IMG/VR virus record: IMGVR_UViG_3300022922_000073
Span: 1-24,799 of that record
Source: a virus
Taxonomy: Duplodnaviria; Caudoviricetes
Length of the DNA stretch: 24,799 bases
Reading direction: 5' to 3' (one strand)
Shown here: in pieces, positions 24,145-24,799 of the stretch
Layout of the letters: every line of letters starts with the position of its first letter
How positions within the stretch are numbered: the first letter of the stretch is position 1
Made by a program: the position numbers and the translations under genes
Notes under the pieces: model-generated
Database searches by the model: none
Told to the model about the DNA's origin: nothing
Seen by the model: only the letters and a program-made list of their open reading frames with translations

Positions 24145-24214
24145 TTTTTCAATCTTTCGTTTGGGTTTTTTTATTTTATATAAGTTATATAATATGCCTA
24201 AAGAATATAATCAA
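24141..24214 (-). promoter_or_regulatory. Early-type promoter plus leader, copy B of the duplicated element
   Basis: Minus strand TTGATT-17bp-TATATA, palindrome TATATAA-c-TTATATA, leader AACCCAAACGAAAGATTGAAAAAATG. Confidence 0.7.
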
Positions 24215-24294
24215 GCATAAATTACAACATTATGTATTTTTTTATTAATTAAAATAAGTTATATTTACAAAACGTAATAAAAAGGAACCCAAAC

Positions 24295-24555
24295 ATGAAG
24301 AAGAAAACCGTCACTAAATTGTGGAAGGGAGAATATCTCTCAATCAGAACTTATGAGGCCCAAGACGCGATCAAAAAGGGTGGGCTTCAACTTGAATATG
24401 GAAACGATAAAATGGTTCTTCAGCCTGATGAAATAAAAAAGCTGAAGCCTGTTGGCCCTGTCATAAAAAGCAAGACAGGCGGTAAAGATTATCAGCTAAT
24501 TGATATAAAATTTCTGCCCAATCAGGTTGACCCAAGGCAGCTTTCTTGGGTATAA
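24295..24555 (+). CDS. Hypothetical protein (basic)
   Basis: 86 aa; AAGGA RBS; divergent from the early block. Confidence 0.7.
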   Translation: MKKKTVTKLWKGEYLSIRTYEAQDAIKKGGLQLEYGNDKMVLQPDEIKKLKPVGPVIKSKTGGKDYQLIDIKFLPNQVDPRQLSWV

Positions 24556-24662
24556 TTTAACCAGTTGCAAAATCAGGGTTTGGTCACCCTTTCAACACAA
24601 ATACGACACTTCTTGTTATTTGGGTCATCTGTGTTCAGCTAGTTATCATTTAGGTAAGAGGG

Positions 24663-24698
24663 AACCCTCTCAGAGAAATCTGGGGGGGTTTGCTTTTT
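24663..24698 (+). terminator. Probable Rho-independent terminator
   Basis: AACCCTCTCAGA-GAAA-TCTGGGGGGGTT (G-U pairs allowed) followed by TGCTTTTT. Confidence 0.6.
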
Positions 24699-24799
24699 GA
24701 GAAAAGTCGCCCCCCTATCGCAGTGCGTGTCCTAGCCAAGGGGGGCAGTAGTTGAGGGCATCAACAGCCACAGGCTGCTATCGAGCATTTTTAAATTAC

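Noticed and set aside
24145-24294. Lambda-like cI/cro lysogeny switch or att site in the AT-rich divergent region
   Set aside because: Flanking genes are not recognisable repressors and no integrase is in the window; lifestyle cannot be determined here.

Overview
A 24.8-kb segment of a tailed dsDNA phage (siphovirus-like gene order; probably a marine alphaproteobacterial/Rhodobacteraceae host, inferred from a SleB-type hydrolase ending in SLRPRAKP). Reading the minus strand from the right: an early/regulatory block with a tandem-HTH XRE regulator, then terS, terL, DUF4055-type portal, a 1644-aa MuF head protein, scaffold, P22-type major capsid, head-tail adaptor, a fibre module, head-closure and an HK97-gp10-like gene. 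Two features stand out. (1) A collagen-fibre gene, with all collagen Lys in the Y position, lies just upstream of a 2OG-Fe(II) hydroxylase and a three-domain GT25 + PLOD-type glycosyltransferase + lysyl-hydroxylase fusion; this looks like a phage-encoded, animal-style collagen hydroxylation/glycosylation pathway. (2) The MuF protein carries a PI3K/PI4K/HipA-like kinase domain and a probable ADP-ribosyltransferase-like C-terminus, followed by a candidate immunity gene. There is also a plus-strand island inside the head operon, a recurring ATTACA-N3-TGTAAT palindrome, a duplicated ~70-bp promoter, and hairpin arrays in the scaffold and capsid leaders. All family calls come from motif recognition by eye; no database search was run.
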